This document shows positions 62,676 to 64,000 of a stretch of DNA of 64,000 bases, piece after piece (within the stretch, counting starts at the first letter, position 1; every line of letters starts with the position of its first letter). The DNA is from an uncultured Bacteroidota bacterium (GTDB lineage Bacteria; Bacteroidota; Ignavibacteria; UBA10030; UBA6906), in contig CAVOYH010000003.1 of the NCBI GenBank assembly GCA_963700635.1, positions 1,408,001 to 1,472,000 on the forward strand. Direction: 5' to 3'. A model generated the notes under the pieces. It was not told the DNA's origin. It worked only from the letters and a program-made list of their open reading frames with translations, and ran no database searches. Both the position numbers and the translations under genes were made by a program.

Positions 62676-63854
62676 TTGCTGGCGTTCGATATGCGAAGTC
62701 CACAGAAGCAATCGGTGAGAGGCGACCTATATTCGCGGCTCTTCATGGGCGGATGTGGTGTGGCGTTCGTCGTGTTGCTGTCCTCGTGCAGCGCGGACCT
62801 TCCCGTTCAGCGTGAAGCTCAACCGGCCGAGGAGGCTGTGAGCGCGGTGGCATATTCAATCGTGTTCGTCATCCACGGTGACGGCGACTATCTCTACCAT
62901 GATACCAGCGGCTCTGAATACAGAGCGGACGAGGAGGCTTTAGCCGGGGCAAAAAGGGTCGCACTCCGTAACCCGTGCGCCGAGGTGTTCATCTTTCATC
63001 AGCAACCAAGGAAAAAAATCCTCTTCCTGTTTCCTGTTCGCGATGGACAGTTCTATTATTACCGGAACGGACGGCTTATCGCACATGAATCATACTGGCG
63101 CGATCACGGACAAGCACACTTCGACCCCGAAGTGGGGTTGTATCGCCGTTTCCACTCGGACAATCATCGAGAGTTGGTAAACGTGTTCCTTTACTACGGT
63201 GAGGAAATCCCCGAATTCGGTGGCGAGGGCTACGATGGATCGTATCCGGATCGTCCCTTCACCGTCCTTGACCTCGCGGGTGGCTTGAGAGGTTTCACAG
63301 GTGATTCCGCGCGATTTGATTTCCTGGTCCTCTCCACCTGTTTTGGCGGCACGCCGTACACAATTGGCGCGCTGGGATCGTTTGCGCGCTACATCATCGC
63401 TTCTCCCGACAATCTTCACCTGTCGTACTTCGATGTCCACTTGCTGGATCGTTTGGATCTCAGTCTGCCGGATGGAGATGTGCGCGCCTTCACCAAACGA
63501 TTCGCCCAGCAGTCATTTGCTCGGCTGACAGGGGCTGTCCAGACGGCTGTCAGTGTCGCAGTGTACGATGTGAACCGGATACAGGGATTCCTGGATTCGG
63601 TCAAGAGTATGTACAGTTATACGTTGACCCTCGTAAAAGCAGAAACCCAACCCCTGGCCATGTTCGAGCACTGCGATTGCGGTGAACTTCCTGCGTACGT
63701 GTTACCCGCGATGAGCGACGGGGTTGATGTGTTCTACCGATCGGCGCGCTTTGGGCGATCTAAGGACAAACAGGACCATTCAGGATGGGAATGCTGGAGG
63801 GAGAGACGATCACAGTCTTCAAGCCAACAGAATTCTGAGGCGGTTGCAGACTAG
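62676..63854 (+). CDS. Lipoprotein with a clostripain/caspase-fold-like domain
   Basis: Lipobox LSSC; FDFLVLSTCFGG and YIIASP resemble the C11 'D.L.FDAC...ASE' region; start uncertain. Confidence 0.55.
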   Translation: MLAFDMRSPQKQSVRGDLYSRLFMGGCGVAFVVLLSSCSADLPVQREAQPAEEAVSAVAYSIVFVIHGDGDYLYHDTSGSEYRADEEALAGAKRVALRNPCAEVFIFHQQPRKKILFLFPVRDGQFYYYRNGRLIAHESYWRDHGQAHFDPEVGLYRRFHSDNHRELVNVFLYYGEEIPEFGGEGYDGSYPDRPFTVLDLAGGLRGFTGDSARFDFLVLSTCFGGTPYTIGALGSFARYIIASPDNLHLSYFDVHLLDRLDLSLPDGDVRAFTKRFAQQSFARLTGAVQTAVSVAVYDVNRIQGFLDSVKSMYSYTLTLVKAETQPLAMFEHCDCGELPAYVLPAMSDGVDVFYRSARFGRSKDKQDHSGWECWRERRSQSSSQQNSEAVAD

Positions 63855-63911
63855 CTGGCTCCTCACCATTGAGGAGAAAAGAAACCCAAACCAACAGGCG
63901 AGGAGGTTACG

Positions 63912-64000
63912 ATGCCTCTACTCCAAGTAGTGATCATTCTGGTTGTCGTGGGTGTTCTCTTGTGGCTCGTGAATAGCTACATACCGATGCAGGCCACGAT
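63912..64000 (+). CDS. Thivi_2564-family small membrane protein (partial, right edge)
   Basis: AGGAGG RBS; MPLLQVVIILVVVGVLLWLVNSYIPMQAT. Confidence 0.75.
   Translation, partial: MPLLQVVIILVVVGVLLWLVNSYIPMQAT

Overview
Bacterial chromosomal window, standard genetic code, mid-50s %GC by eye. It most likely comes from an FCB-group (Ignavibacteria-like/Bacteroidota) organism, because six C-terminal T9SS sorting domains of the 'QN(Y/F)PNPFNP' type are present. No rRNA, tRNA or CRISPR array was found. Left to right: (1) a heme-copper oxidase-superfamily subunit I (partial) and a subunit II that has lost its CuA ligands (gNOR-like); (2) a TetR-HlyD-ABC-TolC (YbhGFSR-like) exporter operon with a candidate sigma54 promoter and enhancer; (3) a 7TM/GAF histidine kinase and sigma54 activator transcribed divergently from a small secreted protein and a giant (~2136 aa once a 1-nt frameshift is repaired) T9SS cargo. 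That cargo combines a beta-helix, a metzincin protease, a vWA domain, ten tandem GFVSGQP heptads and a second beta-helix; (4) a propeller-PP2C sensor and hydrolases; (5) a cluster of UroD/MtaA-family enzymes with dodecin, purU, a Na+:solute symporter behind a possible attenuator, and a GHL10-like protein; (6) a decayed right half containing an IS3 scar, truncated corA, orphan T9SS tails, a Ser/Thr kinase with an internal deletion and a degenerate duplicate of its 3' end, a HipBST toxin-antitoxin module with a clear operator array, and a nonsense-mutated DUF4153 gene; (7) a small-membrane-protein cluster at the right edge. All family calls come from motif recognition by eye; no database searches were run.
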